From Chloroflexota bacterium (GTDB lineage: Bacteria; Chloroflexota; UBA11872; VXOZ01): DNA of 64,000 bases. This document shows positions 49,801-59,700 of this stretch, piece after piece (position 1 is the stretch's first letter; each line of letters starts with the position of its first letter). The stretch spans positions 224,001 through 288,000 of the forward strand of contig CAXXVD010000003.1 in assembly GCA_963662335.2 (NCBI GenBank), in the 5' to 3' direction. The position numbers and the translations under genes were made by a program. The notes beneath the pieces were generated by a model that searched no databases, was not told the origin of the DNA, and saw nothing but the letters and a program-made list of their open reading frames with translations.

Positions 49801-50951
49801 GGCTCCTGGGCGATGATGAGATAGCTCAGGGGCAGGCAGGGCTTGAGGGTGCGGCTCTCCGGTATGAGCGTGAGCGTCGCCGCCGCTTCCGTGACGGTGA
49901 GCAGTTTCGAGGTCTTCTGCTCGTAGCCGGTGCTCTTCTCGCGGACAGTCACGTCGAGCGTCACGTTGCCCTGGCCGCCGGCCTGGGGCACGCCGGCCAC
50001 GTATTGCGCCGGCGGCAGTTCGAAGGCGGCCTCGCCGTCGATCGGCGCGCTAAAGCGGGCGAACTCCTCCCAGCGGCCCACGTAGCGGGACGCGACAATC
50101 TCCACTTCGCCCACCACCGGCTTGCCGAAGGCGTATTGACCGGCAACCGTCCCCATTATCGGGTCGCTGGCGAGAATCCAGTCCCGTGCGGTCGTAATGC
50201 TCACCTCGTACTTGGGCAGCGCGTAGCGTTCCACGCGCACGTCCAGTTGGGTTGTGCGGTCGCCCGCCAGCGCGGTGAGTTTCCACACACCGAGATTCGG
50301 CTCGGTGGAAAGCGGGACGTCGAGCGTCGCCATGCCGAATTCGCCGGTCTCGACCTCTTTCCGATAGACCTTGATGCCCTTGGCGTCTTGCAATTCGAGC
50401 GTAGCGGCGGACGGCCAGGGCTTGAGCGCGGCGTCCAGGGTCATCAGGCGGACGTGTATCGTCTGGCCGGGTTGGTAGAGCGGCTTGTCGGTCTCGACGA
50501 ACAGGAGCAGGCCGTCTTCGACCCGCACGTACGCTCGGCGCTCATCCGGCACGCCCGCCACCGCAACGGCGACTTCGTAGTGGTTGGGCCCGTCGCGCGG
50601 TACCGGCAGCAGGATATTGGCCGTGCCGGACACCGCGGCCGCTACGCTCTGGGCCACCCGGCCGCCGTCCAGCAGCGATACGCGCACGTTGCCGCTGGCA
50701 GGCCGGTCGCCGTTGAAGAGCGAGACGGAGACGTGCTCGGTGTACCCCCGGCGCAGCGCCTGGGGCACGACCGCCACGTAGCTGTCCGGCTTGAGCGCAG
50801 GGTCTAGCGTCCCGGCTTGCGCGGCGCCGCCCGGCGCGGCCTGCGCCGGACACTCCTTGTCGAGGTACAGGATCTCTTCCGGGCCGTCGCCGCAACCTGC
50901 CAGGACCAGGATGAGGACTGCCAGGAACGAGAACGTCAAGAGTCTTCTCAT
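46803..50951 (-). CDS. alpha-2-macroglobulin/thioester-containing lipoprotein, CD109/TEP-like
   Basis: Lipobox LAGC; TDKPLYQPGQ, LPKYEV, VRQFFPETWIW, PDSITTW, FQPFF, PFGCGEQNM, DGSFSAFG, WLTAFV, STQDTV, YSYY. Confidence 0.95.
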   Translation of the reverse strand: MRRLLTFSFLAVLILVLAGCGDGPEEILYLDKECPAQAAPGGAAQAGTLDPALKPDSYVAVVPQALRRGYTEHVSVSLFNGDRPASGNVRVSLLDGGRVAQSVAAAVSGTANILLPVPRDGPNHYEVAVAVAGVPDERRAYVRVEDGLLLFVETDKPLYQPGQTIHVRLMTLDAALKPWPSAATLELQDAKGIKVYRKEVETGEFGMATLDVPLSTEPNLGVWKLTALAGDRTTQLDVRVERYALPKYEVSITTARDWILASDPIMGTVAGQYAFGKPVVGEVEIVASRYVGRWEEFARFSAPIDGEAAFELPPAQYVAGVPQAGGQGNVTLDVTVREKSTGYEQKTSKLLTVTEAAATLTLIPESRTLKPCLPLSYLIIAQEPDGTPVDGTVTMTLEYVNQAFQTASTERIEVALENGTAIARVTAPAYAAAVTVHAQMGRAYASLNLQAGHSPSDNFIHVEQVTQGEIAVGDTAQFRVHATREARTFYYEVLSRGAVVFSDVSRGPDIAFTATALMAPSARLLVYQILPNNEIAADYVPFGVAGGYGHDVDVGFSREEVRPGDAVDVRVQTQGEARVGLVAVDRSVFILAENRLNLQQIFAELERLYQQPQAELHDINISYTIEARGASETFAAAGTVVLTNKDVPAGRSLQRPQERSFVVAAAAAEEAEAPRAEMAEAKAGPGPTEDLAEVQRVRQFFPETWIWRDVYTDANGRAVLSVEAPDSITTWALRAVGISKEHGLGIGESELRVFQPFFLTVDLPVSAIRGEELPVKIALFNYRQTAQEFFVEIEESEWFALLDEPLKAVTVGANDIGGVEFMIRPTGLGRNPIKITARSAETADAVIKELLVEPEGIGVEHVDNRLLSGGQRHEFLPHLPPDAIAGSGRAYVALSGNLMTQSIAGLDQLLQMPFGCGEQNMILFAPNVYVTRYLRETGQLKPEIMAKAEHLMLVGYQRELTYMRDDGSFSAFGNSDTEGSLWLTAFVLKTFAESREIIYIDPQVLDRAAAWIERHQLADGSFENVGFLHHQELLGGLQGRDALTAYVAIALLEAGRDFGAARAMQYLVSRLEGIQDPYTMAIAAYALALADSALAAEAHARLMAMANEDADGALYWGGGHGAHTAAIETTGYALPALLANNDDFNASQAAKWLVGQRNALGGYGSTQDTVVSLQALAAHSARVATNVEMTVVLQSGDWRKEVALTPENADVMQIVQVPLGNPVTVTAMGRGTAIVQTVLRYNIPDRETEIPDVFAITVDYGTERVAVDDRITVHTSVTFNPPDGIEAGMVVLDVAVPTGFEPVRETVAALVEEYAIFKRFEIAGRKAILYIDNMRAGETLTFAFQAHAKYPVRAKAVVSQAYSYYRPEQRGETLGGALTVTE

Positions 50952-51016
50952 GGCGTGACAAATCCTTATTGGCAGCATTGCTGGGAAGCGCGCTTTGGCG
51001 GGGCCACGCCGGCGCG

Positions 51017-52633
51017 CTACCGCTCCAGCAGTCTTTGCGCAAGCTCCTTGGCTTCGTCCAGATCCTTGGCAAATCGGTCGGCGGGAACGCGCTGCAAGAC
51101 GTTGAGCGCGCGCAGGGCCAGCGCCGGCGCGCCGGTGAGGCCCATGATGATGCAGGCGGTCTCCTCGGCGGCCGCGATGTCCACCATCTGTTCCACCACC
51201 AGCGCCGCGCTATCGTCGATATACACGGTCTCGGAGAAGTCCAGGATTACCACCTCGTGGTCGCGGATGTCCACGCTGATCGTGTTGATCAGCTTGTTGG
51301 CGGAGGCCACGGAGAAACTCCCGCGCAGCGCCACCAGGCCCACCCGGGCCGAGAAGGCGTCCGCTGCCGCCGCTCTCTCTTCATCCCCAAGGAAGCTCTG
51401 GTCCAGCAGGGGCACGGAGACTACCCGGTCCAGTTCCAGGCGCTCGAACTGGCGCGCGCTCGCCATGCCGGCGGCAATCAGGCCGATGGCGACGGCGGTC
51501 ACCAGGTCCACGGCTACGGTGAGGCCCATAGTGATGAGCATCACCAGCAGGTGCTCGCGCTGCACGCGGTGGATGCGCAGGATGAAGCGCCAATCGATGA
51601 TGTCCCAGCCGACCTTCATCAGGATACCGGCCAGCACCGCGTGGGGAATCGCCTCCACGTATCTGCCGAGTCCCAGCACCAGCGCCAGCAGAATCGCCGC
51701 GCGCAACGCGCCGGAGACCTGCGTCTGGCCGCCGGCGCGGATGTTCACCACCGTCCCCAGGGTAGCGCCGGCGCCCGGCAGGCCGCCGATGAAGCCGGCC
51801 AGCATGTTGCCGATGCCCTGGCCGACCAGTTCCCGGTTCGGATTGTGGCGCGTGCGCGTCATGGCGTCGGCGATCAGCGAGGTGAGCAGGCTGTCGATCG
51901 AGCCGAGCAGCGCCAGGATCAAGGCCGGCTGGATGGCCGTGACCAGGATGCCCACTGAGAGCGCCGGCATGGCGATCTCCGGCAGGCCGGTCGGCACGTC
52001 GCCAATCACCGGCACGTCGGTCAGCAAGAACACGCCCAGCAGCGTGCCCACCGCCAGCGCCGCCAGCGTGGGCGGGAAGTAGCGCCGCAATCGCTGCGGC
52101 CAGAGCACGCCCACCGCCAGGGTCGCGGCGGCGATTGCCAGCGCGCTGAGGTTGATGTTGCCCAGCGCCTGCGGCCAGGCGCGCACCACGCCCACCGGCC
52201 CGCCGCTCGCTCCCGCCGCGCCCAGGAACGGCAGCGTTTGCAGCAGCATGATGATGATGCCGATGCCGGTCATGAAGCCGGAAATCACCGAATACGGCGT
52301 GAAAGCCACGAAACGGCCGATGCGCAGCGCGCCCAGCAGGATTTGGATGAGGCCGGCCATGATGACGATGGTAAAGGCCTCGGCCAGGCTGTCGGCGTGG
52401 GTGGTGAGGATGACCGCCATGGCCACGGCCATGGGGCCGGTGGGACCGGAGATTTGCGACTTGGTGCCGCCAAAGACCGCCGCGAAGAAGCCGACCGCGA
52501 TCGCGCCGTAGATGCCGGCCAGCGCCCCCAGGCCGGAGGCCACGCCAAAGGCCAACGCCACCGGCAAGCCCACCACGGCCGCCGTGACGCCGCCAAAGAT
52601 GTCCCCGCGGAGTGTCTGCAAGTTGTAGGTCAC
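51017..52633 (-). CDS. SulP (SLC26) family anion transporter with a STAS domain
   Basis: GDIFGGVTAAVVGLPVALAFG, ISGPTGPM, NRELVGQGIGN, ILDFS.TVYIDDS. Confidence 0.95.
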   Translation of the reverse strand: MTYNLQTLRGDIFGGVTAAVVGLPVALAFGVASGLGALAGIYGAIAVGFFAAVFGGTKSQISGPTGPMAVAMAVILTTHADSLAEAFTIVIMAGLIQILLGALRIGRFVAFTPYSVISGFMTGIGIIIMLLQTLPFLGAAGASGGPVGVVRAWPQALGNINLSALAIAAATLAVGVLWPQRLRRYFPPTLAALAVGTLLGVFLLTDVPVIGDVPTGLPEIAMPALSVGILVTAIQPALILALLGSIDSLLTSLIADAMTRTRHNPNRELVGQGIGNMLAGFIGGLPGAGATLGTVVNIRAGGQTQVSGALRAAILLALVLGLGRYVEAIPHAVLAGILMKVGWDIIDWRFILRIHRVQREHLLVMLITMGLTVAVDLVTAVAIGLIAAGMASARQFERLELDRVVSVPLLDQSFLGDEERAAAADAFSARVGLVALRGSFSVASANKLINTISVDIRDHEVVILDFSETVYIDDSAALVVEQMVDIAAAEETACIIMGLTGAPALALRALNVLQRVPADRFAKDLDEAKELAQRLLER

Positions 52634-53084
52634 GTCATCGCATCCGGCAGTGCGGCCCGGCGCGGAGGGGCTGCGCCCGTTGGCAACGCTTCTCGCCGGC
52701 GGCGCGCTGCGCGTAGCCATGCTATCACAATGGAACCGGCGCGTCAGACTGGGCGCGAATCACCCCGCGCCTTGCGCCCGCCTCTCTTTAATTAAGGAAA
52801 GGGGCAGGAATCCGCGCGGCGCGCCGGCGCCCGGCGCCGGGCAATTGGGGGCCGCGGCAAGCCCGCGGCCGGGACTCCTCTTCCAGGCGCTCCAGGCGGT
52901 CATCTGCCCTCATTTGCCCCCGGAAGAGGCTTGGAGCGGGGTCCAGTCCTGATTCTGAGGCGGATGGGCGGGCAGGTTACGTCACTTAAGTGGCGCTGTT
53001 CAGCGGTTTATGACAGGGAATCCGGCGATTCCGGGCTTTTTCGGCATTTTCTCGGATTTTCCGGGACTCTTTGCTCAAAACCCC

Positions 53085-53113
53085 TTGCACTGTTTATTCG
53101 CGCATGATATTGT
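53085..53113 (+). promoter_or_regulatory. putative promoter of adhesin 1 (TTGCAC-N17-TATTGT) preceded by 10-bp phased repeats
   Basis: Conserved with 62210-62238. Confidence 0.6.
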
Positions 53114-53783
53114 CTTTTGTGGAAATAGTTTATGAGCGAAACTAATTCAGGATGATAGTACAGTACATGGGCCGGGAAAGTATCGCTTTCCTGGATAGTG
53201 CGCGGAGGACACCCCATGGGCAATCGGAATTCTGGCGCACGGCTAAGAGGAAACGTGGACACTGTCCTGCCTCCGGCCCTGCCGTCCTCCATCCCCGCGC
53301 AGGCTGCTCCGTCTCTGGCCGGACGGAGCAGACCAGCGTACCGCCCGGCTGATTGGCGGGAACGCGGCGGGCGAGCAAGCCAGCGGCCACGACCGGAGTG
53401 AGCGGATTGCCGGCGGGAGCCGGCCGCGGCAGAGCAAGAGAAGAGCGGTAACAGCAGGCGGCAAGAGCCGCCACAGAGACGAAGAAGCGGACAGCCGGCA
53501 GCGGCCGCCCGTTTTGCCACAGAGACGGCCAAGAGCCACACGGCAGCGGGATACGAGCAACGGGAGGCGCGGCGGAGGCTAATCGGAAGCAGCGTTTGGT
53601 TGGTACCTGAGCGGGGCCGTCGGAGGAGCGTCGGCGCGCTCGCAGGTAGCGCCGCCAGCGCGCGCTCGCCGAAGAGCGCGGCAAGCCACAGTTTTGCGGT
53701 TGGAGTGAAAGGGCTTGCCGGACGAATTCGGCGACAACGGCGCGCGGCGGTCGGGGAGAGAGTTCGGCAGCGGTTGGAAAGCT

Positions 53784-56700
53784 ATGGAGCGTGTCATGGG
53801 TAGCACAGCGTCTCGCGGTAGGTTGAGCGCACGGAACCGGTGGCTTGGATGGTCGGCCCTCGCGCTGGCCGTCATTGCGGTAAGTTTTCTGGCATTCTCG
53901 CATACCGCGCGCGCGGACAGCGCAAGCGGCCCGCTGGACCCCGCGTTTGGCGCGGCGGGCGTCTTAAGCGATACGAATACCCCGAAGTCCGAACCCACGC
54001 CGACCCCTACGCCCGAGCCCACGCCGACGCCTGAACCGACGGCTACGCCCACGCCTACGCCTGAACCCACGCCAACACCGACCCCTACGCCTGAACCCAC
54101 GCCTACGCCTGAACCGACGGCTACGCCGACGGCTACGCCTGAGCCTACGCCGACGCCTACGCCTGAACCGACACCTACGCCTACGCCTGAGCCTACGCCG
54201 ACGCCGACGCCTGAACCCACGCCAACACCGACGTCTACGCCTACACCGACCCCTACGCCAACACCGACACCTGAGCCAACGCCGACGCCTAAACCCACGG
54301 CCACCCCGACACCCGAGCCGACGCCTGAGCCGTTAGTCGACGGCAAGGTGGATCTGTACGCGGAGCGGGACGCCGGCGGCGCGTCCGCCTCGATATCGTG
54401 GAGCCGCTATACGGAAGCCGGTTTCGACTACTATCGCCTGGTGGTCTGCGACGAGACGCAGTACGACGGCTATTCGTGCAGCGGCACGGTCTACCAGAGC
54501 GAGGCGCACTACAACGTAAACGAAACCGGTCCGGAGACCGTGACCGGTCTTGACCCCTACACCAAGTACGGGATCATCTTGCAGGTGTGGCGCAAGGCCG
54601 TAAGCGGGGCGCTGAAGTTCCGCGCCGTGTTGCCGGCCCTGCCGGAGCCCACGCCGACGCCAACGCCTGAGCCGAAGCCAACCCCGACGCCGACGCCTGA
54701 GCCAACGGCCACGCCGACACCGACGCCTGAGCCGACGGCCACGCCGACACCGACGCCAACGCCGACCCCAACGCCGACGCCGCAGGCGCTGGCGGAGCCG
54801 CCGGCCGGCGTCAGCGCGTCGCGGGGCGACGGCACGTTGACGGTATCGTGGAACGCGGTGGCAGGCGCCAGCGGCTACAACGTCAACTGGACCAGCGACC
54901 ACAAGGCAAGCTGGAGCCGGGGCGCCAGCAGCGTGAGCGGGACGAGCGTCACGCTGACCGGCATCGACGATAGCAAAGAATACTACGTGGCGGTGCAGGC
55001 GGAGAACGCCAACGGCGTGAGCGGTTGGACGGAATCAAGCCTGATCGGCGCCGTTGAAGCGAAGCCGACCCCAACGCCGACCCCGACGCCCACGCCGGCG
55101 CCTGAGCTTGCCCCCTCCTTTGGCGACGCGGCCGTCGCGGACCAGAGCTACCAAGTCAACACGGCCATCACCACGCTGACCCTGCCGGCGGCCACCGGCG
55201 GTGGCGAGACGCTCACCTATGCCTTGACTCCCGCTCTGCCCGCGGGGCTGACCTTCGACGCTGCGGCGCGGACGCTCAGCGGCACGGCCACGGCAGCGGC
55301 GGCCAGCGCAATCTACTACTACACCGCCACCGACGGCACGGACTCCGCCATGCTGTCGTTCAGCATCGAAGTTACGGCGGCGGAAGAGCAGGCGCAGGCT
55401 GCGGCAGGCCTCACCTGGGTCACCACGCCGCCCACCAAGCTGGAGTGGACGCAGGGCACGGCCGTCAACGTGACGCTGCCCGCGGCCACCGGCGACCCCA
55501 ACATCAGTTACCACCTGAGAGATGGCTGCGGCTCTACAAATGCGAAATTGCCTCAAGGGATAACCTGGAACGCCTCCACCCGCACCCTCAGCGGCACGCC
55601 CACCAAGTGGTTCGCCACCCGGGTAGGCTGTTACCAGGCCTCCGCCTCCAACAAGGGCGCGCCGAACGCAATCATCCACATCCGGGCGGCGGACACGGCG
55701 GGCAACCACGCGCCCTACGCCAGCATCAAGAGCAGTGGAGCCCAGTTGGTCGCGCAGCTCTGGTCGAAATACGGGCACTGCTACAGCGGCTCCATCACCT
55801 TTGCCCCCAGCAGCGGCCACACCAAGCACTTCTACGACCCGGAAGACGACACGCTGACCTACACGGCAGGCTCGGACAAGATTGTCAGCACCACCATCAA
55901 TTCCAGCGGCTACGCCGTGGCGACCCTCAGGCATCCCACCCTGAACTGGCATTCCTTCCACTACACGGCGACGGACCCCGACGGGCTCTACGACTCGATT
56001 AGCCTGCAGGTGAAGCATTTCGACTGCAAGGAGACCATGAGCGTCCAGGAGAACAAGCCCAAGGACACCGTGGTGGGGAGCGTGGGCGGGGGGAACGCCG
56101 CCGACGGCAGCAGCTTCTCCATCAGCGGCGACGCCGCCACCTACTTCGACATGAATTCCAGCACCGGCCAGATTACAGTGAAGGACGGGACGACGCTGGA
56201 CTACGAGACCACCAAGAGCTACTCCGGCAAATTCCGGTACACCGTCGAAAACAAGTCGATGGGGGGCGACCTCGCAATCAACGTGAACGACGTCCGGGCG
56301 CCGAACATGGGCCGGCCGACGCTGGCGCAGAACGCGACCAACCCGACGACGTCGCTGGACGTTTCGTGGGTGGCGCCGACGCCGATGGCCGGCACCACGC
56401 TAAACGACTACGACGTGCAGTACCGCGAGCGGGGCACGAGCACGTGGTCGGCTATACCCGACACCACCAACAGCACGACCACCAGCGCCACCATCACCGG
56501 CCTGACGGCGGGCAAGGAATACGAGGTGCAGGTGCGCTCCCAGATCGCCGACGAAGGCCCCGGCCACTGGTCCGTTTCGTCCATGATCCTCTACGTGGCC
56601 GAGAACACGGCGGCCAACGGCAACGTGGGCGGGATATTCAATGTCAAGGCCACCGACTTCTATCCGATGGGCTTCACCCTGGGCGGCACCGACGGCTCCA

Positions 56701-59700
56701 AGTTCAAGATGAGCACCAACACCGGCTACAAGACGGACCAGTCCGGCCAGATACAGGTCAAGTCGGGAACCACCCTGGACTACGAAACCAAGTCGGTCTA
56801 CACCGCTACCCTCCGTATCAACGAGTGGAATCAGGCCAACAGGAACCTCCAAGACTACACCCACAGCCTGTTCATCTACGTAACCGACGTGAATGAGCCG
56901 CCGGCCAAGCCGGCCGCGCCGACGGTGGCGGCGAATTCTACCACGCCGACGACCAAGTTGGACGTGAGTTGGACGGCGCCAACGATGACGGGCAAGCCGG
57001 CGATCACGGACTACGACGTGCAGTACCGCAAGGTTGGGGATTCCACGTGGAGTTCCCACAGCCACACGGGCACGGCAACCACCGCGGCGCTGACGGGCCT
57101 GACGGCGGGCAAGACGTACGAGGTGCAGGTGCGGGCCACCAACGCCGAGGGCACGAGCAGTTGGTCGGACAGCGGCACGGCGATCACCGAGGCCGGCGGC
57201 GTGACCCGCAGCGTAGACGAGAACACGGCGGCCGGCGAGAACGTGGGCGCGGCGGTGACGGCGAAGGCCAACAGCAAGTACACCTACACCCACAGCCTGA
57301 GCGGCACGGACGCGAGCAGTTTCACCATCGAGAGCGGCACCGGTCAGATCAAGGTCAAGACCGGCACCAGCCTGGACTACGAAACCACAACGTCGTACAG
57401 CGTCACGGTGACGGTGGCGGTGAGCGCGGTCACGGTGACCTCGTCGTCCCAGAGCGTCGACCCGAACGCGCCGGGCAACTACGTGATACCGGTGACGATC
57501 AACGTGACGGACGTGAACGAGCCGCCGCCAAAACCGGCCGCGCCCACGGTAGCGAAGCATGCGAGCAGTCCCAAGGCGAAGCTGGACGTGAGTTGGACGG
57601 CGCTTACCACCACGCAGATGAACGGCAAGCCGGCGGTGAGCGACTACGACGTGCAGTACCGCAAGATTGGGGATTCCACCTGGAGTGCGCACAGCCACAC
57701 GGGCACGGGCACCAGCGCGACGCTGACGGGATTGACGGCCGGCAAGGCGTACGACGTGCAGGTGCGCGCGGTGAACGCGGAAGGGAACGGCGCGTGGTCG
57801 GATTCGGGCCGGGCGGTGACGGAGAGCGGCGACGTGACCCGGAGCGTGGCGGAGAACTCGGCCGCCGGGACGAACGTGGGGAGCGCGGTGACGATGACGG
57901 GCGGCGGCTATAAGTTCGTGCATACGCTGAGCGGGACGGACGCGGGCAAGTTCGAAATCAGTAGCAGCACGGGCCAGATTACGGTCAAGAGCGGCACGAG
58001 CCTGGACTACGATACGAAGACGTCGTACAGCGTGACGGTGGGCATCGCGGTGACGGGCACGGGGAACGGGCAGAGCGAGGCCAACGCGCCGGGCAACTAC
58101 GTGATACCGGTGACCATCAACGTGACGGACGTGAACGAGAAGCCGACGTTCAGCGCCACGCCGACGCGGAGCATCGCGGAGAACTCTACTGCCGGGACGA
58201 ACGTGGGAACGGCATTCACGGCGACGGACCCGGAGAGCGACACGCTGACGTACACGCTGACGGGCACGGACGCGGCGAAATTCAACATTGGCAGCGCCAC
58301 CGGCCAGATAACGGTCAAGACGGGGAACGTCCCGAACTACGAAGCGAAGACGAGCTACAGCGTGACCGTTAACGTGACGGACGGCAAGAAGGCGGACGGC
58401 ACGGCGGACGCGACGATCGACGACACCGTCAACGTGACCATCAACGTGACGGACGTGAACGAGCCGCCGGCGAAGCCGGCCGCGCCGTCGGTGGCGCAGA
58501 ACGCCACCACGCCCAAGACTAAGCTGGACGTAAGCTGGACGGCGCCGGACATGACCGGCAAGCCGGCCATCACCGGCTACGACGTGCAGTACAAGCAGAG
58601 CAGCGATTCGAACTGGACGGCGCACAGTTTCACGGGCACGGGCACGAGCACGACCCTGACCGGGCTGACCGGCGGGACGTCGTACGACGTGCAGGTGAAG
58701 GCGATCAACGACGAGGGCAACAGCGGCTGGTCGGACAGCGGCACGGGCACGACGCAGGCCACCAACCTGAACCCGACGCTGCCGGCTCCGCCGCACGGTC
58801 AGACGAGCCTGAGCCGGAGCATTGCCGAGAACTCGCCGGCGGGCACGAACGTGGGCGCGGCGGTAACGGCCAGCGACACCGAGGGCGACACGCTGACCTA
58901 CACGCTGAGCGGCACGGACGCGGCCAAGTTCGACATTGGCGCAAACACCGGCCAGATTACCGTGAAGGCGGGCAATGTCCCGGACTACGAGAGCAAGTCC
59001 TCGTACAGCGTGACCGTGGAGGTCAGCGACAAGAAGGACGGCAACGGCAACGCCGACACGAAGATCGACGACACGATCGACGTGACGATCGACGTTACCG
59101 ACGTGAACGAGCCGCCGGGCAAACCGGAGAACCTGACGGTGACGCCGAACTCAAGCACGCCGGAGAGCAAGCTGGAGTTGAGTTGGGACGCGCCGGACAT
59201 GACGGGCAAACCGGCCCTTGCCGGCTACGACGTGCAGTACCGGCTGGCCGGGGCGAGCAACTGGACCGCCAAGAGCCACAGCGGCACGGGCACGAGCGCG
59301 ACGTTGAGCGGCCTGACGGCCGGCAAGACGTACGAGGCGCGGGTGCGGGCCAAGAACGACGAGGGCGAAAGCGGCTGGGCGTCGGGCCAGAGCATCACGG
59401 ACGGGAGCGCGGTGACGCGCAGCGTGGCCGAGAATGCGGCGGCCGGCACGAACGTGGGCGCGGCGGTGACGGCCGCCTCCAATCCGAACAACTATACGCT
59501 GACGCACAGCTTGAGCGGGACGGACGCCGGTTCGTTCACCATCGAGAGCGGCAGCGGCCAGCTCAAGGTGAAGAGCGGCGCGAATCTGGACTACGAGACC
59601 AAGAGCGCGTACAGCGTGATCGTGACGGTGAAAGCGGCCGAGGCGCAGACCCAGGGCGCGCAGAAACAGTCGCTCGAGCCGAACGCGCCGGGGAATTACG

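Noticed and set aside
53641-53656. RfaH ops element (GCAGGTAGCGCC)
   Set aside because: It does not match GGCGGTAGnnTG well and is better explained as part of a leader stem.
53579-54346. Silk-like GVGVGS proteins (also 62279-63217 and 63428-63850)
   Set aside because: Reverse-complement reading of the adhesin PTPTPE tracts.
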